64,000 nt of DNA, taken from positions 132,419 to 196,418 of the forward strand of contig JAQBYT010000005.1 of the NCBI GenBank assembly GCA_027622665.1, given 5' to 3'. The stretch's first letter is position 1. Every line of letters starts with the position of its first letter. Positions 10,167 through 20,021 of the stretch are shown here, piece after piece. Source of the DNA: Verrucomicrobiota bacterium. Lineage in GTDB: Bacteria > Verrucomicrobiota > Verrucomicrobiia > Opitutales > Seribacteraceae. A program made the position numbers and the translations under genes. The notes below the pieces were generated by a model. That model made no database searches. It had not been told where the DNA came from and saw only the letters and a list, made by a program, of their open reading frames with translations.

Positions 10167-11768
10167 TCAACGATAGTAGCTGAATTTCTTCGGGTCGAAT
10201 GCCTCTCTAACGGCCTCGCCGACGAAGGTGATCAGGATGAGCAACCCGACCAGCACCATGAAAGACGAGGTGACTAACCAAGGGGACGATAAATTGTCCA
10301 GGCCATCGCGAAGCAATTGACCCCAAGTAGCGTATTTTGCAGGCAACCCGAAACCTAGGTAGTCGAGCGAGGTCAAGGCGAGTATGAGGCTGGAAACGGA
10401 GAATGGGACCAAGGTCACTATGATGGCGACCGAGTTGGGCAATAAATGGCGAAAGAGAATCCGAGGCGTGGAAGCCCCGATGACTCGACTGGCCGCGATG
10501 TAGTCTCTGGCCTTTTCCTTGAGGGCCGCCGTTCGCATCAGGTAGGTCATCCCCATCCAGCCGAATAGCAAAAGTATACCTATGATAATCCATAGCCCGG
10601 CGGTTTCCTTAAGCCGTTCCGGGATGGCCGTACTGGCAATCATAACTACGAAGAGAAAGGGAATGTTGGACAGGATTTCGATCAAGCGCTGGACGATTAA
10701 ATCGAAGGCTCCGCCAAAAAAGCCCATCAGTAGCCCGATCGATATGCCCAAGGCATAAACTAACGGGATATAGACGATGGCCGCCTTGAAGTTTACCTGT
10801 AAACCGCCGAAGAGGTAGGCCAGCACGTCGTAACCTTTCGAGCTGGTGCCTAGGGCATGGGTTTGTTCGGCGCCAAAAGTGGGAGGAGATGGAGGAAAAT
10901 GCACTTGGCGTAACTCCCCTGTGTCTTGGCCGAGGAAGGTCGCTAGATCACCCGCACCGTTCCATGACTCCGAATCTTTCACCAATTCACCGGCGAGGTA
11001 AGCACCCCCATAGACTCGGATTCCGTCTCGATCCCACCCGTCCGCAGGCCCGTCGTTCCGTCCGTTTCGAAAGCGAAACCGCAAATGCATGCGTTCCGGT
11101 TGGGATGGATCATAGATTCTGGCCGCCAAGCCTGAAAAGGGTTTGCCCCCGTCCATCGCCAATCCGTTTGGAGCAACTTCCAACTTGGTTGAAACTGCGG
11201 CAATGGTGTCACCCGTTGGAGCATAGGGGAGGAAGGGCATGACAACTTGATTGTCCCCACCCTCATCCTCGAATCTGTTCTGCAAGTCGCGGTAGTTCGG
11301 AGGGCCTTGACCTCCGTCGCCCTCGATTCCGAAGGCATGGCCTTTTTCAATCTCTCTGGTGAAGGCGGGGAAAGACCAGTTCTCATTATATTTTACGGCC
11401 AAGGCTTCATTCCCGACCAATAGATGGTCCAAAGAAGCCATCGCAGCTAGGGCAAAGATGAGGATGAGAGAGTAATAGCCGCGCTTGATCGTCTTGAACC
11501 GCTCGATCCTGCGCAGGGTCATGGGGGTGAAGCGAAAACCTTTGGCAAAGGTAAGTTCGATGAAGATCCCTATCCCGAGAAACACGATAGTCGTCAACCA
11601 GCCAAACCACGGAAACGCATTTCCACTTTCCAAATCGATGTGCAGGAAGCCGATTTCACGGCTCAGGCTAAAGGGAAAGCGTACCGTCGGCAATTCAATG
11701 GAAAGCATCTCGCCGAGAGCACCCAGTAGTGCCCCGAACAAGAAGAGTCTTCCAAAGATTCTTAGCAT
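10167..11768 (-). CDS. ABC transporter permease (YejE/OppC-like) with a periplasmic insertion
   Basis: Probable ATG at 11768 preceded by GAGGT; RFKTIKRGYYSL, HALGTSSKGYDVLA, EAA-type loop DYIAASRVIGAS, SLDYLGFGLP, GEAVREAFDPK. Confidence 0.9.
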   Translation of the reverse strand: MLRIFGRLFLFGALLGALGEMLSIELPTVRFPFSLSREIGFLHIDLESGNAFPWFGWLTTIVFLGIGIFIELTFAKGFRFTPMTLRRIERFKTIKRGYYSLILIFALAAMASLDHLLVGNEALAVKYNENWSFPAFTREIEKGHAFGIEGDGGQGPPNYRDLQNRFEDEGGDNQVVMPFLPYAPTGDTIAAVSTKLEVAPNGLAMDGGKPFSGLAARIYDPSQPERMHLRFRFRNGRNDGPADGWDRDGIRVYGGAYLAGELVKDSESWNGAGDLATFLGQDTGELRQVHFPPSPPTFGAEQTHALGTSSKGYDVLAYLFGGLQVNFKAAIVYIPLVYALGISIGLLMGFFGGAFDLIVQRLIEILSNIPFLFVVMIASTAIPERLKETAGLWIIIGILLLFGWMGMTYLMRTAALKEKARDYIAASRVIGASTPRILFRHLLPNSVAIIVTLVPFSVSSLILALTSLDYLGFGLPAKYATWGQLLRDGLDNLSSPWLVTSSFMVLVGLLILITFVGEAVREAFDPKKFSYYR

Positions 11769-11775
11769 AACTACC

Positions 11776-13125
11776 TCAGTTGAATTTAACCCGTGGGTCA
11801 ACCATGGCTACGATCATGTCGGACAGGATGTTGCCCAGGACGAGCAGGAAGGCTGCGATGGTCAGGGTGCCCATGATCACGGTTTGGTCTCTTCCCAACA
11901 AGGCCTGGTACTGCAGGAGGCCGAATCCTTGAATGTCGAAAACGGATTCGATCAGTATGCTGCCGCTAACCAGGATAGTGATCAGTTGCCCCAAGGTGGA
12001 AGCGATGGGAATGAAGGAATTGCGAAAGGCATGCTTGAATACCGCGCTGCGAAAAGAGACCCCTTTGGCCACCGCCGTCCTTACGTAGTCGGCTGCCAGA
12101 TTGTCCATCAAGTTGTTCTTCATCATCATGGTCAACCAAGCGAATCCGCCTACCACGTAACAAAGAAGAGGGAGGACGGTGTGATGGGCCAAGTCAACGA
12201 ATTGCGCTCCGAGGCTCATGCTGTCGAAATTTGGGTCGGTCAGACCAAACAACGGAAACCATCCGCCCCTGGCTCCCAAGTAGACAAGCATGACGGCGCC
12301 CAAGGCAAAGCCGGGTATCGCATATCCTACGAAAATGAAGATGGAGGTTAGGTTGTCGATCGCGGTACGGTGTTTGATCGCTTTGATAATCCCCAGAGGC
12401 AAACAAATGCCATATGTGATTAGTGCCGTAAGTATACCGAAATAAAGGGCAACCGGGATGCGACCTTTGATCAACGTCCACACGGGATCACCGAAATCCG
12501 TGGATCGACCGAGGTCGCCTTGGAGCAAACCGGCGAAATGGGTTTTGTAGATGATTGCCCGGTCATCGTAATTCTGAGGTGCTTTCGAGATGTCTTCGCC
12601 CGAGCGGCGAACCCATCGCTCCTTCCTGTCCTCAATCGTTTCGATGCGAATTTCCCAGTTTTCCTCGGCTATCGGTTTTCCACTGTCCAAGTAGGTCGCT
12701 GAAATCACCTTTTCGCCCTCACGCAAGATCTTCGCCTGTCTCCCGCTCCCCTTCAGGAGCACCAAGGTCTCCTTTTTCGGATCGGTCACAAGGTCCTCAC
12801 CGACCATGTCTTTGCCCAATGGGCGAAACTCCGACTTGCTCAGCCTGCGTTCTCTGGGCATCGCCCCGAGCCATTGCAGATAAGCCTGAAGGATAGGTTT
12901 GTCGAAACCGTACTCCTCTTCCAGTTCCTCCACTTGCTCCTCGCTCATTCCTCCACCGATCTGACCGCTACCTGCTCCACCGCCCTCGGTTGCCTTCTGC
13001 GCTTCCTGCAAGGATCTTTCCATGGGACCTCCCGGGACAAAGCGTGTAATAGTGAATACGAGAAGGGTAACCCCAAGCAAAGTCGGTGGGATCAAGAGAA
13101 ATCGGCGTATGAAATATTCACGCAT
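11776..13125 (-). CDS. ABC transporter permease (YejB/OppB-like)
   Basis: YFIRRFLLIPPTLLGVT...FVPGGP, GDLGRS, DYVRTAVAKG...HAFRNSFIP, VDPRVKF. Confidence 0.92.
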   Translation of the reverse strand: MREYFIRRFLLIPPTLLGVTLLVFTITRFVPGGPMERSLQEAQKATEGGGAGSGQIGGGMSEEQVEELEEEYGFDKPILQAYLQWLGAMPRERRLSKSEFRPLGKDMVGEDLVTDPKKETLVLLKGSGRQAKILREGEKVISATYLDSGKPIAEENWEIRIETIEDRKERWVRRSGEDISKAPQNYDDRAIIYKTHFAGLLQGDLGRSTDFGDPVWTLIKGRIPVALYFGILTALITYGICLPLGIIKAIKHRTAIDNLTSIFIFVGYAIPGFALGAVMLVYLGARGGWFPLFGLTDPNFDSMSLGAQFVDLAHHTVLPLLCYVVGGFAWLTMMMKNNLMDNLAADYVRTAVAKGVSFRSAVFKHAFRNSFIPIASTLGQLITILVSGSILIESVFDIQGFGLLQYQALLGRDQTVIMGTLTIAAFLLVLGNILSDMIVAMVDPRVKFN

Positions 13126-13271
13126 GGGAGACGCGAATGTTATGACTTACCGTATGTTGAAATGTATCGATGACCGAAGGGTTAGGGCAAACTGTCCCTT
13201 TAAGCCAATCTTTTTCAGACTTAAATTTCATTTCCTTTTGCTTGCCAATACGCCTCTTGCGCTCACCTTTT

Positions 13272-15203
13272 GTGAACATCGAAGTAGAACGACAGAAGCA
13301 TAAAAAAGAAAAACGCAGTTGGACATGGTCATGGGGTTTCCTTGCATGCTTGATACTGTGCTCATGTTCTGACGAACCCCCTGTCCAAAAAGCCTCACGG
13401 GACGGGATTCTAATTATGGGGAACACGGCCGAGCCCAAGGGACTGGATCCTCACATCGTAAGCGGTGTGCTGGAGAGCAATATCATCCGGGCCCTTTTTG
13501 AGGGACTGGTTGAAGCTCATCCCTCCAAGGATGGCGTGGCCCTACCCGGGGTGGCGTCGAAGTGGTATCCCACCAATTCCGATCGTCCCGACGAATGGAT
13601 CTTCGAGCTTCGCAAGGATGCCCAATGGTCCGATGGCGCTCCTCTTACCGCAGATGACTTCCTCTTCGCTTTTCGTCGCTTGCTTACCCCTGACCTCGCT
13701 TCCGACTACTCCTTCATGCTTTACTACATTCGAGATGCGGAACCCTACCACAAGTCGCAGCGATCCTACCTCCTTAGCCGGGACGACGCCAATTTCACCG
13801 ACGAATGGTGGGCTTCCCTCAAGGAAGTCGACTTCGGCCCGAACGAAGAAGCAGACGAAGGAACCTTAAACTTCAAGGGACTCGATTTTCTCACCGCCGA
13901 GGAACTGAAGAAGCTCAGGGAGAAACCCGGACTTTTTGCTTGGCCCGAATCCGTACCCGCCCAAACCCGGATCACCCTCATCGCAAAAAACCTTTCATTC
14001 GCTGAAAGCAAAAAAGACTTGTGGAATCTCATCGACTTCGGGGCCACCGCTCCCGACAAGCACACCCTCAAGGTGAAGCTCAATTCTCCCATCCCTTTCC
14101 TGCCCGAGATCACCAAGCACTATACTTGGTATCCCGTCCCCCGGCACGTGGTTCTCGAGCATGGTAAGATCGGAGACCGTTTCACCGACTGGACGAAACC
14201 CGGGAACCTCGTTGGAAACGGGCCTTTCATTCTCAAGTCTTGGCGCTTCAACGATCACATCGAGGTTGCTCGCAACCCACGCTATTGGGACAGGGAGAAC
14301 GTCGGCCTGAACGGTATCCGCTATTTGCCCATCGCCAACCTCTACACCGAGGATCGCATGTATTACGACGGGCAAATGCACGTAACGTACACCATTGCGT
14401 CCGAGCTCATCGAGTACTCCCGAAAAAACTACCCCGAGCATGTTCGCAACGAACTTTATTTAGGCACTTACTTTATCCGCACCAATGTCGCCCACGAGCC
14501 TTTTACCGATCCGCGAGTACGCCTCGCCTTCTCACTCTCCCTCAACCAAAAGTCCCTTATCGACAACGTTCTCAAGGGTGGACAAAAACCTGCCGGCGGT
14601 CTGGTTCCACCCTTCGGCGAATATCCTGCCGCAGATGTCGTGACCTTCGATCCCGAGCTTGCCCGAAAGTTGCTTGCCGAAGCGGGGTATCCCGGCGGCA
14701 AGGGACTTCCCGACATCGAGTTCCTGACCACCGACAAAGAATCCTCCAAGGCCACGGCCGAGGCTTTGCAAGCCATGTGGAAGGAACATCTCGGGGCCAC
14801 AATCAAGATCAAGCAAATGGAGTGGACCTCCTACATCACCTCCATGTTCGACAAGGACTACGACCTGGCCGCAGGGGGTTGGATCGGTGATTACATGGAC
14901 CCCCTTACCTTTCTCGACATGTGGATGAAGGACGCCGGCAACAATCGTACGGGTTGGCACAGCGAGGAATTTCAGAAAATCCTCGGCGAAGCTGCGGAGA
15001 CGGGAGACCCCGCCGGCCGTTATGCTCTACTCGCCAAGGCCGAGGCTCTCTTTCTCAAGGAACGCCCAATCCTTCCCGTATACTGGTATACGCGCAACTA
15101 CCTGCTCCATCCGGACGTGAAAGGTTGGCATCCGCTCATCCTCGACAACCATCCCTACAAGTTCCTCCGCCTCGAACCGGGGTCCGAGGCAACGAAGGAC
15201 TGA
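13272..15203 (+). CDS. oppA: Oligopeptide-binding lipoprotein (OppA-like)
   Basis: Lipobox-like LCSC; GNTAEPKGLDP, LFEGLV, WSDGAPLTADDF, GNGPFILKSW, WIGDYMDP. Start uncertain: GTG 13272 is chosen here, the ORF track starts at 13170. Confidence 0.85.
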   Translation: MNIEVERQKHKKEKRSWTWSWGFLACLILCSCSDEPPVQKASRDGILIMGNTAEPKGLDPHIVSGVLESNIIRALFEGLVEAHPSKDGVALPGVASKWYPTNSDRPDEWIFELRKDAQWSDGAPLTADDFLFAFRRLLTPDLASDYSFMLYYIRDAEPYHKSQRSYLLSRDDANFTDEWWASLKEVDFGPNEEADEGTLNFKGLDFLTAEELKKLREKPGLFAWPESVPAQTRITLIAKNLSFAESKKDLWNLIDFGATAPDKHTLKVKLNSPIPFLPEITKHYTWYPVPRHVVLEHGKIGDRFTDWTKPGNLVGNGPFILKSWRFNDHIEVARNPRYWDRENVGLNGIRYLPIANLYTEDRMYYDGQMHVTYTIASELIEYSRKNYPEHVRNELYLGTYFIRTNVAHEPFTDPRVRLAFSLSLNQKSLIDNVLKGGQKPAGGLVPPFGEYPAADVVTFDPELARKLLAEAGYPGGKGLPDIEFLTTDKESSKATAEALQAMWKEHLGATIKIKQMEWTSYITSMFDKDYDLAAGGWIGDYMDPLTFLDMWMKDAGNNRTGWHSEEFQKILGEAAETGDPAGRYALLAKAEALFLKERPILPVYWYTRNYLLHPDVKGWHPLILDNHPYKFLRLEPGSEATKD

Positions 15204-15207
15204 CGCC

Positions 15208-16137
15208 GTGTTTCGCTTTCTCATAGGTCGTTTGCTTCAGGGATTACTCGTCCTTTTCGCACTTTATACCATCACCTTCTTTTTGGCCAAGGCCATGCCG
15301 GGCGAGCCCTTTACTTCGGAGAAAAACGTTTCTGCGGAGACCAAGGCCAACATCCGCAAGCTCTACGGCTTGGACAAGCCCCTCTGGGAACAGTACTACA
15401 TTTATCCCAAGAACATCATTACGGAGGGTTCCTTTGGAATATCCACCAGCAAGGGGCGGCCGGTCCGTGATATCATCGAACAGTCCTTTCCCAATTCCCT
15501 CCTTCTCGGCCTATGCGCCCTTTGCTTCGCCGTTGGCATAGGAGTGCCCATCGGTGTGCTTTCCGCCGTCCGCAGGAACAGCTGGGTGGACTGGACCTGC
15601 ATGGCTGTGGCCATGGTCGGCATCTGCGTACCCTCGTTCACCATCGGACCACTCCTGCAAATCTACGTCGCCACCCACGTCCCCGGATTGAAGGTGGCGG
15701 GGTGGGGGAGTCCGCAGGACGTTCTCTTGCCTGCCTTCACTCTGGGCCTCGTGTCCGCCGCCTATCTCGCGCGACTCACCCGAGGCGGCATTCTGGAAGT
15801 GCTTTCGCAGGACTTCGTCCGCACCGCCCGGGCTAAAGGCTTGTCTCCTGCCAGGGTCATCATCAAGCACTCCCTGCGCGGTGGTCTCATCCCCGCCGTC
15901 GCCTACCTCGGTCCCGCCTTCGCCGCCCTCATCAGCGGGTCCTTCATTGTGGAGACCATCTTTCAAGTGCCGGGAATGGGCCAGCACTTCGTCAACGCCG
16001 CCACCACCCGCGATGAGTTTCTCCTTCTCGGCGTCTCCCTCTTCTTTGGGTTTCTCATCGTGGTCATGAACCTTCTCGCCGACATCCTAACCGGGCTCCT
16101 CGACCCCCGCGTGCGCATCGCGGGCAACGCCGACTGA
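15208..16137 (+). CDS. oppB: Oligopeptide ABC permease OppB
   Basis: MPGEPF, YGLDKPLWEQY, DFVRTARAKGL...KHSLR, GSFIVETIFQVPGMG, LDPRVR. Confidence 0.9.
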   Translation: MFRFLIGRLLQGLLVLFALYTITFFLAKAMPGEPFTSEKNVSAETKANIRKLYGLDKPLWEQYYIYPKNIITEGSFGISTSKGRPVRDIIEQSFPNSLLLGLCALCFAVGIGVPIGVLSAVRRNSWVDWTCMAVAMVGICVPSFTIGPLLQIYVATHVPGLKVAGWGSPQDVLLPAFTLGLVSAAYLARLTRGGILEVLSQDFVRTARAKGLSPARVIIKHSLRGGLIPAVAYLGPAFAALISGSFIVETIFQVPGMGQHFVNAATTRDEFLLLGVSLFFGFLIVVMNLLADILTGLLDPRVRIAGNAD

Positions 16138-16141
16138 CGCC

Positions 16142-17089
16142 ATGCCGAAAGAAACCGTCAGCGCATCCAAGCAAGGCTCCTCCGTCTGGAAGGACGCCCG
16201 CCAGCGCATGGCCAAAAACAAGTTCGCCATGGCCAGTCTGGGTGTGATTGCGCTCATGATTTTCTTCTGCTTCGTCTTCGCTTGGTTCTGTAAGGATCCA
16301 AATAAGGTCGATCTGGTCAACAAGTTCGCAGGCCCCTCGGGAGAGCATTGGTTCGGCACGGATGCGCTCGGGCGCGACCTCTTCGCCCGCATCCTCTACG
16401 GTGGACAGGTTTCCATTCTCGTGGGCTTGATCGCCACCGCCGTTTCCGTTGCCATAGGCATAGTCTATGGAGCGGTGTCCGGATTCGTGGGAGGCAGGGT
16501 CGACGCCGTCATGATGCGCGTCGTGGACACCCTTCTCGCCATCCCCTTTCTCGTCCTCGTGATCGTCCTTCAGGCCACTCTCAGTAACTTCTCCGGAGAC
16601 GCCACCAATTGGATTGTAGAGAGCTGGGGCTGGGACAAGGAGTTCACCGGGCGTCTTACCAATGTCGTACCCCTCTTCTTCGCCCTTGGCCTTTTCGGTT
16701 GGCTTACCCTTTCCCGAATCGTGCGTGCCCAGGTGCTCAGCATCAAGGAGCGCGAGTTCGTAGAGGCCGCCGTAGCCCTCGGCTACTCCAAGTCCCGCAT
16801 CCTCTTCCGCCACGTCGTGCCCAACGTTCTCGGGCCCACCATCGTGTACTCCACCCTCACCGTGCCCGGCTTCATCATGTACGAGGCCATCCTCTCCTTC
16901 CTCGGTCTGGGCGTGGAATCTCCCAATAGCTCTTGGGGCGTCCTTATCAAGGAGGGTGCGAACTTTCTTGAGACCGAGATCCAGCTCCTCCTACTGCCCG
17001 GCCTCTTCTTCTCCCTCACGCTCTTCTCTCTCAACTTCATCGGAGACGGTCTCCGCGACGCCCTCGACGTAAAGGCATCCAAAGACTGA
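16142..17089 (+). CDS. oppC: Oligopeptide ABC permease OppC
   Basis: HWFGTDALGRDLFARILYG, EFVEAAVALG...ILFRHVVPN, EAILSFLGLG, GDGLRDALD. Confidence 0.9.
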   Translation: MPKETVSASKQGSSVWKDARQRMAKNKFAMASLGVIALMIFFCFVFAWFCKDPNKVDLVNKFAGPSGEHWFGTDALGRDLFARILYGGQVSILVGLIATAVSVAIGIVYGAVSGFVGGRVDAVMMRVVDTLLAIPFLVLVIVLQATLSNFSGDATNWIVESWGWDKEFTGRLTNVVPLFFALGLFGWLTLSRIVRAQVLSIKEREFVEAAVALGYSKSRILFRHVVPNVLGPTIVYSTLTVPGFIMYEAILSFLGLGVESPNSSWGVLIKEGANFLETEIQLLLLPGLFFSLTLFSLNFIGDGLRDALDVKASKD

Positions 17090-18846
17090 TGAGCCTCCTC
17101 GAGATCAAGAACCTTAAGACCTACTTCCACACCCGGGCGGGCACTACTCGGGCGGTGGACGACGTATCCTTTTCCATAGACAAGGGAGAGATCGTCGGCG
17201 TGGTCGGGGAATCCGGTTCGGGCAAGTCCGTCACCTGCCATACCATGCTCGGTCTACTGCCGTCGCCTCCCGCCAAGGTGGAAGGCGGCACGGTAACCTT
17301 CGACGGCGAGGAACTCCTTCACCTCCCGCCGGCCATCCTTCGGGCCATCCGGGGAAAGCGCATCTCCATGATCTTTCAGGATCCCATGAGCTGCCTAAAC
17401 CCCTACCTAACCATACTCGACCAAGTGGCCGAGCCCATCCTCATTCACGAGAACGTCTCCCGAGAGGAAGCCGAGCGCCGGGCCATCGAGATGATGAAGA
17501 AGGTAGGCATCCGCGACGCCGAGCAGCGAGCCCGTTCCCATCCCCACGAATTCTCCGGCGGCATGCGTCAGCGCGCCATGATCGCCATGGCCCTCGTCAC
17601 CAACCCCGATCTCCTCCTCGCCGACGAGCCCACTACCGCCCTCGACGTCACCGTGCAGGCCCGCATCCTGCAAATTCTCCGTGACCTGCGGGACGATCTC
17701 GGCGTCGCCGTCCTCTTCGTCACCCACGACCTCGGGGTCGTCGCCGACGTCGCGGACCGCGTCGTCGTCATGTACCGCGGCAAGGTCGTGGAGCAGGGCG
17801 ACGTACTCTCCATTTTCGAGAACCCCTCGCACCCCTACGTCAAGGGGCTCCTAGCCTGCCGCCCCACCTTCGAGACCAAGTACCGTGTCCTGCCCACCGT
17901 AGACGACTTCCTCGAGACCGAGGAAGCTCCCGATGGCTCCCTCACCTTGCGCGAACGACCGAACTCCGCCGAGCGCCTCGCCGAGCTGGAGAAGCAGGTG
18001 GATCGTAAACAACCCGCCGAGGAATCCTCCGTTCCTCTCCTCGAGGTCAAGGACCTCCGCGTTCACTTCACCTCCGGCGGCGGCTTTCTCGGCAAGCCTC
18101 GCGAGACCGTAAAGGCCGTGGACGGTGTCGACCTTTCCATCCCCAAAGGAAAGACACTCGGCCTCGTGGGAGAATCCGGCTGCGGCAAGACCACCATCGG
18201 CCGGGCTATTCTCCGCCTTGTTCCGCCCACTTCCGGTTCCGTCCGGTACGACGGAGCGGACCTCGGCTCCCTTTCCCCCGCCGCCATGCTCGCCTACCGC
18301 AAGCGCATGCAGATCATCTTTCAGGATCCCTACGCCTCCCTCAACCCCCGGCTCACCATCGAGCAGGCCCTCACCGAGCCCCTCGTCGTGCATCGCATCG
18401 GTTCAGGCTCCTCCGACCGTCGCGATCGCGTCGTATCGCTCCTGGAGGAAGTCGGCCTCTCCTCCGAACACCTTCTGCGCTACCCCCACGAGTTCTCCGG
18501 CGGCCAGCGCCAGCGCCTCTGCGTGGCCCGGGCCCTAGCGGTGGAGCCCGAGTTCATCGTCTGCGACGAGTGCGTCTCCGCGATGGACGTCTCCGTGCAG
18601 GCCCAAGTCCTCAACCTCCTCCGAGAACTGCAGGAAAGGCGAAACCTCACCTACCTCTTCATCTCCCACGATCTTTCCGTGGTCAAGTTCGTCTCCGATC
18701 ACGTAGCCGTCATGCAGGCAGGCCGTATCGTGGAGACCGCCCCCGCCGAGGAACTCTATCGCAACCCGCGTGAGACCTACACCCGGGAACTCCTCGAAGC
18801 CGTCCCAAAGGCAGATCTGGAAACCCTCCGCTCAAGAGGGAAATAA
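17089..18846 (+). CDS. Fused double-ATPase peptide ABC transporter ATP-binding protein (OppD-OppF fusion)
   Basis: Two nucleotide-binding domains: GESGSGKS/FSGGMRQR/LLADEP and [22 protein letters not shown]. Confidence 0.93.
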   Translation: MSLLEIKNLKTYFHTRAGTTRAVDDVSFSIDKGEIVGVVGESGSGKSVTCHTMLGLLPSPPAKVEGGTVTFDGEELLHLPPAILRAIRGKRISMIFQDPMSCLNPYLTILDQVAEPILIHENVSREEAERRAIEMMKKVGIRDAEQRARSHPHEFSGGMRQRAMIAMALVTNPDLLLADEPTTALDVTVQARILQILRDLRDDLGVAVLFVTHDLGVVADVADRVVVMYRGKVVEQGDVLSIFENPSHPYVKGLLACRPTFETKYRVLPTVDDFLETEEAPDGSLTLRERPNSAERLAELEKQVDRKQPAEESSVPLLEVKDLRVHFTSGGGFLGKPRETVKAVDGVDLSIPKGKTLGLVGESGCGKTTIGRAILRLVPPTSGSVRYDGADLGSLSPAAMLAYRKRMQIIFQDPYASLNPRLTIEQALTEPLVVHRIGSGSSDRRDRVVSLLEEVGLSSEHLLRYPHEFSGGQRQRLCVARALAVEPEFIVCDECVSAMDVSVQAQVLNLLRELQERRNLTYLFISHDLSVVKFVSDHVAVMQAGRIVETAPAEELYRNPRETYTRELLEAVPKADLETLRSRGK

Positions 18847-18901
18847 CTTTTCCGTAAGGAGCCGGATCGCCGGGGTTTTGTCTTGGAACCCCTAGGGCTT
18901 C

Positions 18902-19196
18902 TCAATCTCTTCGCCTTCTACGTCTCGCTCGCTTGTAGGCTAGGTTCTTGTCACACTTGCCCACGGTGATTACATAGAACCGTGATTTTAGCGCCAACCA
19001 CCTCGTAAACCAATTGATAGCCCGAGGACCGAAGCTTTATCTTGTAGTGATTCTCGAAGCCGCGCAGACGATCCGCGGGAACGATCGGCGAGACCAGTCT
19101 CTCCACCAACTTCTTCTTGAATTGCTTCCGTATGGTGGAGCCTAGCTTTTCCCATTCCTTCCATGCGCTGGGCAGAAATTTCAGCTTATAGCTCAT
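18902..19196 (-). pseudogene. relE: RelE/StbE-family toxin, frameshifted and lacking conserved Arg residues
   Basis: Closely resembles E. coli RelE (KEWEKLGSTIRKQFKKKL...YKIKLRSSGYQLVY). An extra base near 18977 shifts the frame; the alternative frame restores VYVITVGKCDKNLAYKRA and stops at 18902. Confidence 0.8.
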
Positions 19197-19437
19197 CCGG
19201 GCTCACTTCCTTGGCAGCCCCCTTTTCCCCTTTGCGCTCTTGCACGATTTCCGCCAACCGCAAATCGGCAAGGGCTTCCATCATCTCCTCGTAACGCTCG
19301 GCCGGCACCAAGTACGCCGTCGGCTTGTTGTGGTTCAGGATGGCGATCGCCTCCCCCTCGGCCTCTTCCAGCAAACGGCTCGGATTGCGCTTCAAGGCCG
19401 ATACGCTGGCCGCGAATGTACTTAATACGGTATCCAT
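19186..19437 (-). CDS. Phd/YefM (StbD-like) antitoxin
   Basis: ASVSALKRNP...IAILNHNKPTAYLVPAERYEEMMEALAD; overlaps the relE start. Confidence 0.88.
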   Translation of the reverse strand: MDTVLSTFAASVSALKRNPSRLLEEAEGEAIAILNHNKPTAYLVPAERYEEMMEALADLRLAEIVQERKGEKGAAKEVSPDEL

Positions 19438-19444
19438 AATAGCT

Positions 19445-19475
19445 CTAAAATAAGGTCTTTATTTAGTGTGCACAA
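19445..19475 (-). promoter_or_regulatory. Putative phd-relE promoter/operator
   Basis: On the minus strand TTGTGC-N17-TATTTT lies 9 nt before the ATG; the imperfect palindrome CTAAAATAAG-GT-CTTTATTTAG (19445-19466) overlaps it. Confidence 0.5.
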
Positions 19476-19526
19476 TTCCATTTTTTGATATTGCCCGGCG
19501 TTGGCTCCTTGCTCTCCCGCACTTTT

Positions 19527-19775
19527 GTCATTGCGAGCTCGTTAGAGCGTGGCAATCCACACACTCTTGTCATTGCGAGTCACAAGGTGACGTGGCAATA
19601 CAGTCAGAGGCGTTATGGGGGGTGCCGGCTGATACGGTGGGATGCCCAAGCGTCCACTGGATTGCCGCGTCGCCCCATTCGGGTCTCCTCGCAATGACAA
19701 TGCAAAAACTAGTGGACTTCCCGATCGTTCCGCTGGATTGTATCGTCGGGACTGGATGACCTTCCTCGCAAGGAC
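19527..19775 (-). repeat. GTCATTGCGAG-type palindromic repeat cluster 1 (4 arms, reverse polarity)
   Basis: GTCATTGCGAG at 19527 and 19569; CTCGCAATGAC at 19688; CTCGCAAGGAC at 19765. The internal linker matches the other clusters when read on the minus strand. Confidence 0.92.
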
Positions 19776-19826
19776 AAAAGGCGCTGGGGAAGATACCTTT
19801 CGAGATCCACCGAAGTTTAAACCTCC

Positions 19827-20021
19827 TCAGGTTTTCGTTGGCGGCGGCACTTCCAAATCCTTGCATATCCGCTTAACCAGCAAGTCGCGAACCTCGTTGT
19901 GTCTGGGCACCGCCGACTTGCTTCGGTTGTCGGGTCGCCACCAAATCGAGTGCCTGCTACCTTCCCGCAGCAATTCGCAACTTTGCGAGGACAAGTAGCG
20001 AAGCAGTTCCTTCCGCTTCAC
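19827..20021 (-). CDS. hicA: HicA-family toxin
   Basis: MKRKELLRYL...LLREGSRHSIW...SAVPRHNEVRDLLVKRICKDL; GTG start overlaps the hicB stop. Confidence 0.88.
   Translation of the reverse strand: MKRKELLRYLSSQSCELLREGSRHSIWWRPDNRSKSAVPRHNEVRDLLVKRICKDLEVPPPTKT

Noticed and set aside
18847..18901. Target duplication around the relE/hicBA pocket, analogous to the 114-bp repeat
   Set aside because: Comparison with 20230-20352 showed no convincing direct repeat.
19466..19998. Short ORFs overlapping repeat clusters (also 36821-37446, 37998-38545, 38685-38876, 49429-49810)
   Set aside because: They translate the palindromic repeat itself (VIARR, HCEE, PRND, LAMT) and have no independent coding evidence.
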